Assembly: GCA_030704615.1 (NCBI GenBank)
Contig: CM060733.1
Span: 67,332,001-67,396,000, forward strand
Reading direction: 5' to 3'
Source: Takakia lepidozioides
Lineage: Eukaryota; Plantae; Bryophyta
DNA length: 64,000 bases
A program made the position numbers and the translations under genes. The first letter of the stretch is position 1, and each line of letters starts with the position of its first letter. Of this stretch, positions 38,270 through 50,660 are shown piece by piece. Under the pieces are notes generated by a model that saw nothing but the letters and a program-made list of their open reading frames with translations, was not told the origin of the DNA and made no database searches.

Positions 38270-38690
38270 GACCATGGAGGAGCTCTGGCGTCAAAATGAC
38301 CGTAGGGAGCGGCATCGACGGCGAGTTAGGTTGCCAATTCGGTACCAGTAACGACAACATGCACCTGTTCGAAACAATACATGACGACTGTTCCAGTCCT
38401 GGATTGCGATCTCTCTATTCTCATGCCTTTCAAGTCTAGTAGGAGCACGCGGCAAGGAGTCTTGGCAATTGGAGGAAACAATCTGTACAACGATGAAATA
38501 TCTCGACAAAGCAAGTGCTGCATCGGAGTAGACGACGGATGAATGAGCTTCCCGGTGAAGTTTTGAACTCCTCAGCAATGCAAAGTGTGTAGGAGGAAAC
38601 TCTAGATGATCTGTGACCAGTGGCAGGGCCAAAGACCCCCTGGGGGCACCACCAGTATTTTTACTGCCAGGAAGCGGGAGACTGCCTATA

Positions 38691-39647
38691 TGACGAAACC
38701 ATGGAAACCAACCAAAGGTGTGGCTTTTCTTCCCCGATTCCTTTGAGATTTTATGGGCGGCTATGGGCCATCTAATTATAATTTTTCACCAAGTTTGGGG
38801 ATTTGTAGTGGTGATGAAAGACGACATCAAATTATCACGCCGGAGGCAGTTGCGAAAGGCGATTTAATGGAATTCTAGTTCATCCAATGGATGAAAACTG
38901 GAAATTCGACCTGCAAGCTGGAGGATGAGAAGACAACCTAGCGCCAACTGATCATCCATTGGATGGATGAAAACCAGATTTATCATTAACACCAAGGTTT
39001 TCCATCCATGGTTATTATTTTATGGCGTTCTATCGTTTTTAAATTATAGACTCATATAGGAAATAATAGTTTAAGACTATCCTTCACTAGTTTAAGAGGC
39101 CCAAAAAACAATAAAGAAAGAGCAGGCTCCTCTTGTTCTTCAATCTAGTCTCATTTCCTTGTTTTGGCCTCTTGCTTGTGTAGTTAGTTTTGAGCTTGAG
39201 GGAGCTAGTTCCTAGAGAGTTGAGCTTGTGGCTCTCTAGTAATAGAAACAAACATAGTGAGAGCAGGATAGTCCTAGCTCAAGGCCTTGTGGCCATTTGA
39301 GGCAAGAAGTAGAGGAAGCGCTCCATGAAGTGGGAGACTTGAGGACGAGTAGGAATGCCGGAGGAGGACCAGATTTGAGTACCATTCTACCGAGCAATTT
39401 AGTGTATCCCAAGCACCACTTGTTTCAGAGGGTGACTTACCATACTATCTTGACCTTTGAATTCATTTGTTTCATTTGTTGTTCAAGCTTGTTCCAAGAG
39501 GGGACCTTGTAGCATTACTTGCTAAAAATCTATAAAAACTAATTCTCTTTCAAAGAGGATGTGTGTGCATCTCTATGTACATGTGTGAAGAGCACATGTG
39601 TGAAGCCCCAGGAGACAGGGCCTTAGGAATCTAACCCAATTACGTCA
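38691..39647. mobile_element. Possible solo LTR of an unrelated family
   Basis: TGACG...CGTCA inverted ends and a non-coding interior, but no matching TSD was found. Confidence 0.3.
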
Positions 39648-41334
39648 TGGAAGTGAGGGCAGATGTCCATTATTATGTTTAAGGAGAGGGCGAGCTCGCA
39701 TGAAGTGGTGAAGCTCTTGTCAAATTTCCCTTTCTAGCTTAGTGGCAATGGCCATATTGCATGAGATGGCAAAGCTATCGCCAAAATTCCCATATTATTA
39801 AGTTCATATGTATGTTCATAAGCCCCCTGGCCATAGAGGACCATGGGAGGCGTTGCTAACTAGCTTTATAAGTGGTTAAGCTATTTTGTAGAGAGCTGCC
39901 AAAAAAGGCAGAGCCCAGCACTAAAGTGCCGGCGCCTTAGGCGCCTTTGGGCTGGAGGTCAACCAAGGAGGTTGCCTAGAATTGCCATGGAAAGGCGCAT
40001 CTAACACGGGTGGCGCGGCCTTCCCCCGTGGGGGGAGTTGACACCTGGAGCAAAGTACGGGTTGCTGGTACACTGCATGGCAACACCAGGCGCCATAGCT
40101 GGGCCCGTGCAGGTACGACATGAGCGGCAAAGACAACGGAGCTTGCTATTACCCACTAAACCCGCGCAGGCGGCGGGCCAGTCGCGCCGCGCCACGTAGC
40201 GCTGGCCGCGGGGTATCGGTTTTAACCGCTGCATATTACGACAGACCCCGCCAGGGACTGTTGGTCCCTGGGACGGGTATTTTAAGGGGGCTTTCTCCCT
40301 ATGCCTTTGATTTCTTGTGCACTATTCATGGTGTTCTTCTTGCATGTGAATGAGGGCGTGTTTTAGCAAAGGATAATGAATGGTTGGAACCATTGGATAG
40401 GCCCCAGTGAGGCCATCAGTTTGATATGTATTCCGGGGCTTGTGAAAGCACGGCTCACGGGTGGATGCCACAGGCAGAGAGAGAGAGCCCACAGACAGGG
40501 AGGAGAGAATCCTTGGTAGGGGTTTCACAAGGTAGAAGATGACTTGTTCCAACTTCGTTCTGGGCTAGTTGCTTGCATAAATTTTAATCAGATTATATTG
40601 GAAGTAGGTGGAAGAGGCGCATGGAATGGACCCTGGGACCCACTGAATGTTTAATCATTGTTTACACACCAGGGTGACGATCAGATGAGAAACTAAGGGG
40701 CGGCGGATTTCATTCATCTTGGCCCAGTGATGGTTTAAGTTGCTAATGCGTTATTGATTGGTTTGGTATAGGAATTAGGGGCGCTCCAAGTGGAGAACGG
40801 TTCCCCAATGCTCCCGACATAAAGGGCGTTCCCAAGGTGTTCCCCTGGTACCTTGAGGGTAATTTAGTTAGCTCCAGCATCCCACGATGATTCTCTATTT
40901 CTACGAATTTCATGCATTTGTAGGAAGGTTTTAATGATTTGTTCTTTATTATTCAGCAGGGTAATTCGCCTTTATTAAGGGATTTTATCCGGACCCTCTT
41001 AACTTAAAAACGGAAGTTTTAAGGGAGGTATCGCCCCCTTCCGCCGAGGATATTTGAAGTCAAGTACCCGGCCGTTGGGGGGGGGGGTTGGGCCAAGGAA
41101 TGGCCATTGTTTTATTAGATCTCGGATATCACCTAGAGGTTTGAATTGTTATCATTCACCCGATGGATTGACCATTGTGAGTATTATCGATTACTGACGG
41201 TGGTGAGATTTGTAGAGAACTGACTGTTGTCGCTAAGTCTTCCTTTCTTGCCCTTGCCTGAGTCCATTTGGGGAATCTGATGAGGTTGAAGATGTATCAA
41301 GTGCCCTAACCCCATTTATGAAGTCTCGTGTCCT

Positions 41335-43300
41335 CTAGATTTCCATTCTATGATTGTCATCCTCCAACTCCGAATCCAATAATGCCCCCAACAGTTGAAA
41401 CCCATTAAACATAGTGTCATGGTTCCGAATCTGCAATTTATGACTTCCTCTCGGTGCCTCCAGCCATTCTTCGTAGGTCCACATTGCAGTCATAGGTTGA
41501 GGGGATGAGTAGATTTCAGCCTCTTCCATGAGCGCAAGAACTTGTGTTGAAGGCCTGCAGCTTAGGCCTGGATGGTCCTCTAGGTATGCTGCCCATGAGA
41601 CCTTGGTTGAAGGAGCAAGAAGGTAGTGAGGTAGGAATTTTTGGAAAAAATCTTGAATTTTCTCTTTGAAAAGCGTTTGTGGGCTGCGTCAGGGGGGCAT
41701 GTTCTTACAAAGTGCTTGATATCAGAAGATGTGATCCAAAGTGATTCAATATATATATATATATATATATATATGACGCCTCCCGAAGGAAGGGTAACTT
41801 ATGGAGTCACTTCACCCCGAAGGGCTACTGCCTTCCGCTAAGAAGGTGGACACCTTCACACACCAGACCATGGTTTGAACCCACAACCACATCCAACGTC
41901 GTATATGCCCATTACCACTGGGCTACATGCTAGTTGTCAAGTGATTCAATACATTGTTTGTCATCCGATGTAATAAGCATGCCAGGTGGGTTATCTTTTC
42001 TGAAGATGAGGGGAGTAACACAGGATGCCTTGGGAGCTTCTGCTAATTCCAGGGCACTGCAACCTTTGAGGTCCAATGTTGGGAAAGAGACCATCCTAAG
42101 ACAGTCGTTGGCGAATTTGGAGTTGCATGCTATTCCTGTAGTTACCTTGGGAGCAGATTGACATGTTGGTGATGTGAGATGGATCACTGAGGAGACCTCC
42201 ACGAGCTTAGCCTTTCCTTTGCTTGAAGAGTCTTTCTGAGCTGAGTGGGTTTGAAATTCTTCTTGCATAGGGTCTTGCTGGTTGTTGGTCTTTGTCAAGT
42301 TGCTGAGCCATTGCCTGTTTTGCAGAAGGTCTTGCGGAGATGAAGTTGGAACTTTCTGTGACCGTGTGAGTGCACGAGTTTGTTCCATCCCAAAGGATTG
42401 CAAACCTTGATTCAGAGGAGCTGCTGCCTGGCTAGACCCCTGCAAGTTGGAAGGCAGCAAGGTTGGGGAACGTTTCCTCTTAGTTGACAGTCGATCTTAA
42501 TATGGCCAAGTTGGCCACAATTGAAACATGCTGCGTAGGAAGTATCAAAGGAAGTAGTTTCCTTCTTCATCTATTGGCAACTTGACAAAGCGGGGTAGTG
42601 TGTCTTCATCTGGCATCATGAGGACTATTTTCGCACAACCTGTTTCGTGGAGGCGAGATGCAATTGTGACCGAACCCCAGGCTGGGTCTTGTCTCAAATT
42701 CTGAGTACACATCTGTGGATCAAAAACAGCGAGACATCCTAAGTATGAACCGAAATGGTTGGCGATATCGGGTATGTTAACTAGGTATTGGTCTGGAATG
42801 AAGGGTACCGAGATGATGCGAGGTCCCCACAGTTTTTCATTTCTGTTTCCCATCTTAGAGGACCACGGAAAGATGTTCACGTTGAACCCCTTAGTGTGAG
42901 GGTTGAACAGAAGGGCCTGGGTAGCTGCTTCTTGTGTTTCAAAAACAATAGAGTAGAACCCCCGCCTCTTCGCATGACAGAATTGTTGTCCGAGTTTGCC
43001 TTGGCCTCCCAAGTTCTTGATGGCCCAGTCCCGCACAAACGCTTTGTCCACCTTCTTTCCAGGGAAGTGAATCAAAATTCCGAATTCCTCCATAGTTGCC
43101 ACTTTTTTTTTAAGCGCAGGCACATTCATGGAAATCATGGGGTAGTCCAGGTCTAGTTCCTCCTGGTTAAGGATTGTCTCTTCCACCCACTCATCCGATG
43201 ATGGTGGCGAGTTGGGAGCATGTAATGAAACTGAACCCAATCTTGGGATTTTGGGAGGTGGTTGGGCGGTCCCAATATGGATGAGGCTTGATTTTATTGC
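41335..43300 (-). mobile_element. LINE ORF1 remnant (RRM/DUF4283-like domain plus low-complexity tail)
   Basis: FVRDWAIKNLG...RGFYSIVFETQEAATQALLFNPH...NIFPWS...ISVPFIPDQY...IANHFGSYLG matches the plant LINE ORF1 pattern. It is interrupted by the SINE. Confidence 0.75.
41752..41938 (-). mobile_element. tRNA-derived SINE with (TA)n tail
   Basis: 13-bp TSD AAGTGATTCAATA (41739-51 and 41939-51). On the minus strand, A-box TAGCCCAGTGG (41915-25) and B-box GGTTCAAACC (41872-81); (TA)n at the 3' end. Confidence 0.88.
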
Positions 43301-43309
43301 AAGCGTGTG

Positions 43310-45370
43310 AGCTGACGGGTACGGCCCGCGAGGTACAGCCGGGGAACCCCCGCTCCGGCAGCCTCGTCGGCGAGCTGGACGCCCCATGCCAAATCAACCC
43401 CACCCCTCGCCCGTTACCCCGCCCCCACCCGCCCGCTACTCCCCGCGCCCCCCTGACCCCCCCGCGCCCGCCCGCCTGCCCGCCCGCCCGCCCGCCCGGG
43501 ACCCCTGAACCCGGCCCCACCACTGCCGCGCGGCGCCCATCTCCCACCCCCGATCTCCAGCCACGTGGCGGCCCCCGCTGTGGATCCCCTCACTGGGTTG
43601 ATCCCCCTTCCAGTGCCGGAGTGATCCCCCACCCCCATCCTCAGCCACGTGGCGCTACCCCAAACCGTCGATCCCCTCCCCATCCATCCAACCTCAATTG
43701 AATGGATGACGGCCGGTTGAAGGTCCCATGACGCGCCCATCGCCACGTGGCGCTCCCACCGCTGTCAATCCCCTCCTCCCATCCGCGGCGCGCTCCCCCG
43801 AGACGTCGCCGCTCCCCCCGACGCGCCTTGATCCCCCTTCCGGATCGGGAGTGATCCCCCAACCCCAATCGCCCACCACGTGCGGCTCCCCCGGACCGTC
43901 GATCCCCTGCGCATCCATCGGACCTCACAAACAGTGGATGTTGTGTGTCATCCGCCCCTCATCCCCCCGCATCCTCCCGCTCCCCCCGCCGTCGATCCCC
44001 TCTTCCCATCGACGGCCCGATCTCCCGACACGTCGCTGCCCCCCCCCTCCGTTGATCCCCAACCAATGTGGTGACTGATCCCCCTCCACCCATCAGACGG
44101 CATGTGGCACTCCCCCCTGCCGCTGATCCCCTCTTCCATCCACGGCGCGATCCCCCAACACGTCGCGGCTCCCCCCGACCTGGCTTGATCCCCACTCCGG
44201 ACCCGCAGTGATCCCCCACCCCTAATCGCCCGCCACGTGCTGCTCCCCCGAACCGTCGATCCCTTGCTCATCCATCCAACCTCAAAACAATGGATGTTCT
44301 GGGTCATCCGCCCCTCATCCCCCCGCCATCCTCCCGCTTAGTGGATGGACGACGGCCGGATGAAGGCCCCATGGCACGCCCACCGCCATGTGGACCTGCA
44401 TGTGTTGTTCACTTCGTCGTGGAGGTAGGGTTCTCCATCTGGATCGAGCGAGGGTTTCCAGCTGTCATGCTTGTTCGTGCTCCTGCTTCGATGGGCTTGG
44501 GATGACCTGCTAGGGCCTCAATCGTGTGTGCTCTACGGCGTTTGTGATTCTCTTGCGACTCACGTCTTGCATACAATGTGTACAGGGGGTTTTCTTCTTC
44601 TCTTCTTCTTCTTCTTCTTCTTTTGTTGTTTTTTCTTGTTTGCCTCTTTGTTGTTTGTTGTTTGTTGTTTTTCAGCCTCAACTTCATGTTTGTTTTTTCA
44701 TACTACATACCTTGCTAGATTCAAATGTGAACATCTGTGTGTTGCAGAATCGAACATGGTTGGGTATGGAGCAGCTGAATAGGATTGATGGAGGTTGGAG
44801 AGTCCAAGATGGTTGTATACCGGCCAGCTCATAATGCATGCACTTATAGGGATTTCTTTCTCGACCTAGCATGGTGTTTTACTCGTCCTACACAACGGTC
44901 TCTTCTCATGTTCCCTGGCCCTGCAGTTTAGGGTCCCCTTCTTCTCATGAGTTGTCTCCCTCCCTGAATCCGTCACTTGCAAACCCCCAAACATCCAATC
45001 CCTCCCGAGTTTTTGCTCCCCCACTGTCTGGTCCCCCCCCGCCGCTCCCCCTGTCTTCGCTGCCCACGTGTCACCTCCCTGACCACAGAATCGCCATGCA
45101 AGTCATATCCAGTACTCTCCGCACATGTCAGCTCCCCTCTACTAACATCCCCCCACGTGTCTGGTCCCCCTACTTTGATCCCCATGTTCTGGGAGGGGCT
45201 AGGGTTTCACTCCCCCTTCACATCTCCCCATGCCTGCTCCCCCTTATGACCGCCCAGATCTCCCCACGTGTCGATATCACTGATCCCCACTTTTGGTACT
45301 GTTGACACGTGTCCATCGACTGATCCCCTGCTCCCCCACGTGCTTGCTCCCCTAGCTACACTACACGTGC
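43310..45370. repeat. C-rich degenerate repeat blocks rich in CCACGTG(G/T)C and GATCCCC motifs
   Basis: A ~200-bp degenerate unit recurs at 43530-44400, with a related block at 45000-45370. They are separated by a pyrimidine-rich (CTT/GTT) tract. Confidence 0.75.
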
Positions 45371-45570
45371 GGAATGTCTTCCTCGCGAAACGACTCTTCG
45401 GTGGCAACTCTTCGTTGTGGTTTTTCAGCTGCTCTACTCATATCCTCTTTGCTGTCTATGCTGTGTGTTTTCCTTTTGTTCGTTGCGATCCGTGTGCTCT
45501 TCCTTGTTTTCTCTGGCTTCTGTTCCTTGCTTTTTATTTTCTGTATTTCGGCGTCGTGTGCTCGTTGCTG

Positions 45571-48500
45571 ATGCCGAAGACTAGGCCTAAGGTTGTTCCC
45601 CCTGAGGATGGTATGCTGGTTTTTTGGCACAAGCCTAAGAAAGGGGACGAGGTTCCTTTCTGGTATACACCAACTGAGTGGGAGGAGATGATAGTGGAGG
45701 CAGAGGCGGACCTCAGAGTTTGTGATGGCGCAAAACAAAGGAATCCCTATAAGTGCAAGTTTTGTGGGCGGCCCATGAAGGATAAGGTTAGGTTGAATAG
45801 GCATGACATTGATGGGGAGGGTTGTCCTTGGTTGAACATGGTGGATGGTTGGGACGAGGTTCAGTTGCCACTAAAACCCTGGCCCGCTACCGAGTTCCCG
45901 AAGCAGGTTACTAATTTTGTGGAGAGGTTGAGAGGGTGTACAAACCCCGAAGTGCGGCGCGTACCAGGAGACGACGTGTCCCCTACTGATCGGCAGCAGC
46001 AGCCCAAAGGAGCGAGAAAACAGAAGCCTGATGCGCCTGCATCATCACAAGTGCCTGCCCCTCACTAGAGGAGTAGCCATAGTGGGTCCGACACCGATTT
46101 TGAGCGCACCAAACCAAAAAAGGGGGCAAAAAAGGTTAAGATTGTTACTACTTTACCCTCCGCCCGTGAGAGACAAGCCAAAGTGCGGCCTGAACTCGCT
46201 GTCACTTCGAGTAGAAAGCCAAAGAAAAAGTATCCCTACAGCCGTGAGCAGCCAGTAGCAGGAATGGGGGGGATCGGACATGGGGGGGATCCGTCTCAAA
46301 GTCAAGGGGGCCAGTCCAGAAAACAACGAAGGCACGCAGATGTGGGGGAGCAGACTACACAGGACGACGAGGGGGAGCAGACTACTCATCAGGACGAGGG
46401 GGAGCAGCCTGGGAGCTCGGGGCCTCTTGCAGGGGATGGGGCCATGGAAATCGACCACGACACACCACACCCGATCACTCCTGCTGGAACATTTATACTC
46501 CTGCAACATGGACTTCTCCCTTCCAATTTTGCTGACCAGAATGATGAAAGATTATGGGATGCATTTGTGGGTTTCGCATGGAGTGGAGGGTTTGCAAAGT
46601 GAGTGGAGAGGGCTGAACGCCACTGGAGAAGATGGCTTCTACAAGAACAGGTTTGATTCACCCCCCATTCTCCTTTTGAGTGTTTGGCCATCTGCTCCCC
46701 CCAATAGTTTCCCAGGATTGTCCCCGGTTTGTAAATGCTCATTCTGTGTTGCATTTTTGCCTGTAGATCAATGCTTCCGCGGGAAAAATTGAGGTTGTGC
46801 GGAAATCAGTGCGGGCATGGAGCACTTGCAAAGACGGCATTCCCTGTGCTCTATCCATTGGGCTGGAGTTGGAAGATTTTGAGAGCTACCTTGTGGGAAA
46901 GATGAGTACTCCTATCGTAACACCCTCCTGTCCGGTGAATGTTGTTCCCCCCATCATGCCCGTCTCTGCTCCCCCTTCATCGTCTACCCCTGCCCCCCCC
47001 CCTTCTGCTGCAAACAGGTCTGCTCGCCCCAAATCAAGTCCCCCCACATCATGTCCCCCTTGCACCGTTCCCCCCTCTGCTGCTCCCTCCTCTTCTGCTC
47101 CCCCCTCATCTGTAGATCTCCAGTTTGATATTGTTGAACTATTGCTGGAGGAGCAGGATGTTCGACGTCTGCTTCCTGAATTCCCTCTCCTAAGAACTGC
47201 CGAAGAATCTGATGCCATTGTCACCTGGCTGAAACGTCAATGTCCAGCCCGACTGCCTCCGGTCCTTGTTCCCCTCCAAGTTTTTTCTACCATGGACCCT
47301 CGACCCCCTGTTTCACACTTGTATCCTTTGGCCGATTTAAGACACGGCATCTGCCCCGGTCATATCATGATGCTTTTTGCACCGCAGACTGCTCACATAC
47401 TGCCCTACCATGGATTTGGACTCTTCTTGCATGGAGGTTGGCGGACGTTTGGGAATTTTCAGAATCAGGAGACTATGTTGAAAGAAGTGCTCCTGGCAGA
47501 GGGTCAGCTTAGATATGGTACAATGCAGGACAAAATGTAGATCGTCGACTCCTGCCGAGCATTTCTTCGCATGGTGCGTGCCCGAGCGTTTCATGAATTT
47601 GCAGCAACAGAAACCGCCCACTTCCAAGTTTTGTGGTGCAAGGGCAACGATGCCAAAGGGATACGACGTGCAGTGCGGGCCTGGGAGGATCTATTGTTTA
47701 GGCGGGAGCACATTGATTTGGGACGCTACGTGCATCTTTTGAGTAAGTGCATGCTTTGCCTCTCCAACAATCTGTCATTGTGAAGATCAGAATTGGAATA
47801 GATAAATGGGGGAGCAGACTTTACAGTCGGGGATCGGGGGATCAGGGGATCACGGGGGTCAAAGCTAAAATACAAGCGCTTGTCTCTGTGATAGGTGAGG
47901 CTGAGGCAGCTGATGTTGGAGTTCAAAATGCCATGGAGGAGGTCTTACGAGCAAACAAGGTGTTGTTGGCGAGAAGACATGAACTATACGACCGACGAGT
48001 GTCACCATATGCCCCTCACCTTTCCCACATCGACGTGGACGCCTTCAATTCATCGCAGTTGTCCCACCATGCATCGCTGATGGCGTCGCCAACACCCTCA
48101 CAGGTTGAAGACCTTCAAGCGCCTCATACAGAGACTTTTCAAGTGGAATCTCCGACGGCAGGTTTCTGCACACCCATTGCGGAAGTTGATGTCAATCCCA
48201 TCCCCTCTCATACTGTTCTGCCTCACAGTCTTCTTTTAGACTCCCCAAGGGAATATTCTGTTGCCCTCGCTGTCTCTACTGCCCCCGCCTCTTCTCCCCT
48301 TCCTATCTCTAATCGCTCCCAAGGAGCGGCCCTCCTCTCTGCTACCCTCTTTGTCTCTGCTGCCCCATCATGTGATGTCCCCGCCACTGCTCCCCTTCAA
48401 ATCTGTGAACCCGCACCAGGTGCTACCCTCCTCTCTGCCCCCCCCCCTCTATGTCTGCCGCCCTCTCTGCCACTCCTCCCCAACCATGTGATCCCCCCGC

Positions 48501-50322
48501 CTCTGCACTTCTTCCACTATCTGCTCCCCCAGAAGTGGCTACCCTCGTCTCACCGCATGCTATCCCATCGGACTCATCTCCCTCCTCGCATGAGTTTTCT
48601 TTTTGTGCTCCCCCCTCATCTGGTACTGCTTTAGTGTGTATCACTGCTCCCTCCCTTTCTGGTCTCCCTTTAGCCTTGGCAGCCCCCACCTCTACTCCCG
48701 AGGTTTTGTCTGCTCCCCCAGATCTGTCTTCTACAAAGCATGCATCCGTGTGTGACCCTGGCCCCCCCCTGTCTCCCCCTGACTTCCACTCTTCTTCCCC
48801 ACATGTGTCTGCTCTCTCGCATGCTACTGTGACTCCCTCTGGTCCCCCCCTCAGTGCTCCATCACCCGAGGTGTCATCCCCCAATGTTGTTCCCGATGTC
48901 ATGCCTGCTCCCCTCCATGTATATGCTCTGTCGCGGGCTGCTGTGTCTCTCTATGGTCCTTCACTCTCTGCCCTTGTCCAATCACCTCTTTCAACTCATC
49001 TTGAGTCTGTGTGTACTTCCCACGTGGAGGGGGAGGATGTGCCAAGAATGGTGGATCCAACTACCAAGTCCAGCAGATTTGCAGATGTTTCCGATCCTCT
49101 GCCGACGACACAGGTTGAGGTTATTTCAACGTTGGTGACCCCTCAACGCCAGTCATTGGCAGGGAACACCGAATTGGCAACGGAGGGGTTTGTTCCGCCC
49201 ATGTCAATTTTGCCAGGTGCACCCCCATATCATGCACAGGCCATCCCGTTGTTATCCGCACTCGCAGATAGTCTGGTCTCCCCCACAGCAGAGCGCTTAC
49301 TCCAGCCCCCTGGTACTGCTCCCATCGCTTCCACAGATCCTTGGAATATTGAATTGGGGGTCACCCCTGGCTCCACATTCACCACGGGTCTGACGGTGCC
49401 TGCGCCTATGGTTTCTGCTCCAACCCTCCTGCACATGGGTTTGACCTCCGGCAAACCATCATCTGGCCCAGTAGCAAGTCAAACATGGCATAGGGTTGTT
49501 GCAAAAACTTCGGGACGCCAATTGAACTTGCAGGGCATGGAGCAGGTGGATCAGAAAGAAACCAACGAAAAGGGGAAGGAGAAGGAACGCATGAAGGGCA
49601 AGGGGGAGCAGACCGGAGAGGGGATCGGCAAGGGGAAGCAAAGACCCCCGAAGGATGAGGGGGAGCCGAAGCGTGCGCAAAAAATACGGGTGACGATGTG
49701 GGGGGGGGAGGAGAACCGTGCAGCTAAGGGGGAAAGTAAAGCTATCATCAGAACAGGGAAGAAATGGAAGGCGAAATCTGGTCGGCCAGAAGTCACTAAG
49801 TAAGTGGGCCAGGGCTTCCAACGACCAAGGGGGGACCAAATTCATGGTGAGTACATTCAGCAGGGCTTACACGCATGATAGGGGGATGATATGGTTGCTT
49901 GAAAACACCCTTAACAGTTAATTGCCTGCCTGTCTGACTTCGTGAACTTGTGTACAATACAGAAACCAGAATAGACTGAGGGAAAAGCTCCCAGAGGACA
50001 AGGGCTGCCTTGTTTTCTTCAAAGGCACTCCACAGGAGTCCATTTTGGGTTCATGGGATTATCTACGGTTGTCAAAATTGTATGGGGAAGCGGGGGATGG
50101 AGGGGTGTTTTTGTATGCCAATATTTTGCAGCTATCCCTATAGGAGAGTAATTGTTGCTGGTGGGCTGTGATGGACACACTGATATGGACGGCTTTGGAC
50201 GCATCATCGAAGGACGACCTTCACAAGATTTCCAAAGGGCTTGTAAATGATTGGGTAACTGAGAAGTGCCTAGGGAAGGATCCAGATAAGGTTCAGACAT
50301 GGTTCATCCCCTTATGCTTTGG
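45571..50322 (+). pseudogene. Spliced gene: zinc finger, unknown helical domain, Pro/Ser-rich linker, N-terminal half of a Ulp1 (peptidase C48)-like domain
   Basis: ATG at 45571; YKCKFCGRPMKDKVRLNRHDIDGEGC; frame-preserving intron 46651-46766. The last exon reads SWDYLRLSKLYGEAGDGGVFLYANIL...AVMDTLIWTAL...VNDWVTEK...WFIPLCFG followed by a GT donor. In-frame stops at 46066, 46600 and 47538. Confidence 0.55.
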
Positions 50323-50660
50323 GTACGTCCCTCAATCCACCTATTTTGCAGCTTTGATCGACTTTGATTTGATTTGGAGAATGGAAAGCATTAGTGGTGT
50401 CTGGCCTCAAACACATGTGCGTTCGGGGGCTGCTATTTCATGAGCGGCATGAGCATGAGCGGCATGAGCATGAGCGGAAAAAAAAAAAGCATGAGCAGAC
50501 CATTGTGAGTCCACGGAAATAGGGTTAGGAGGCACGGAAATAGGGTCATGTGAAGTTGGAATGTGGCACCAGTGGACTTGAAATGCAACATTTTATTGCA
50601 AATTTTGTGGCAAGCCACGTCTATACAAGTGTGTTCTAACTGTCATAGCCGGAATGGGCA

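Noticed and set aside
43191-44505. Gly/Pro/Arg-rich ORFs
   Set aside because: By-products of GC-rich repeats that are open in many frames, with no domain signal.
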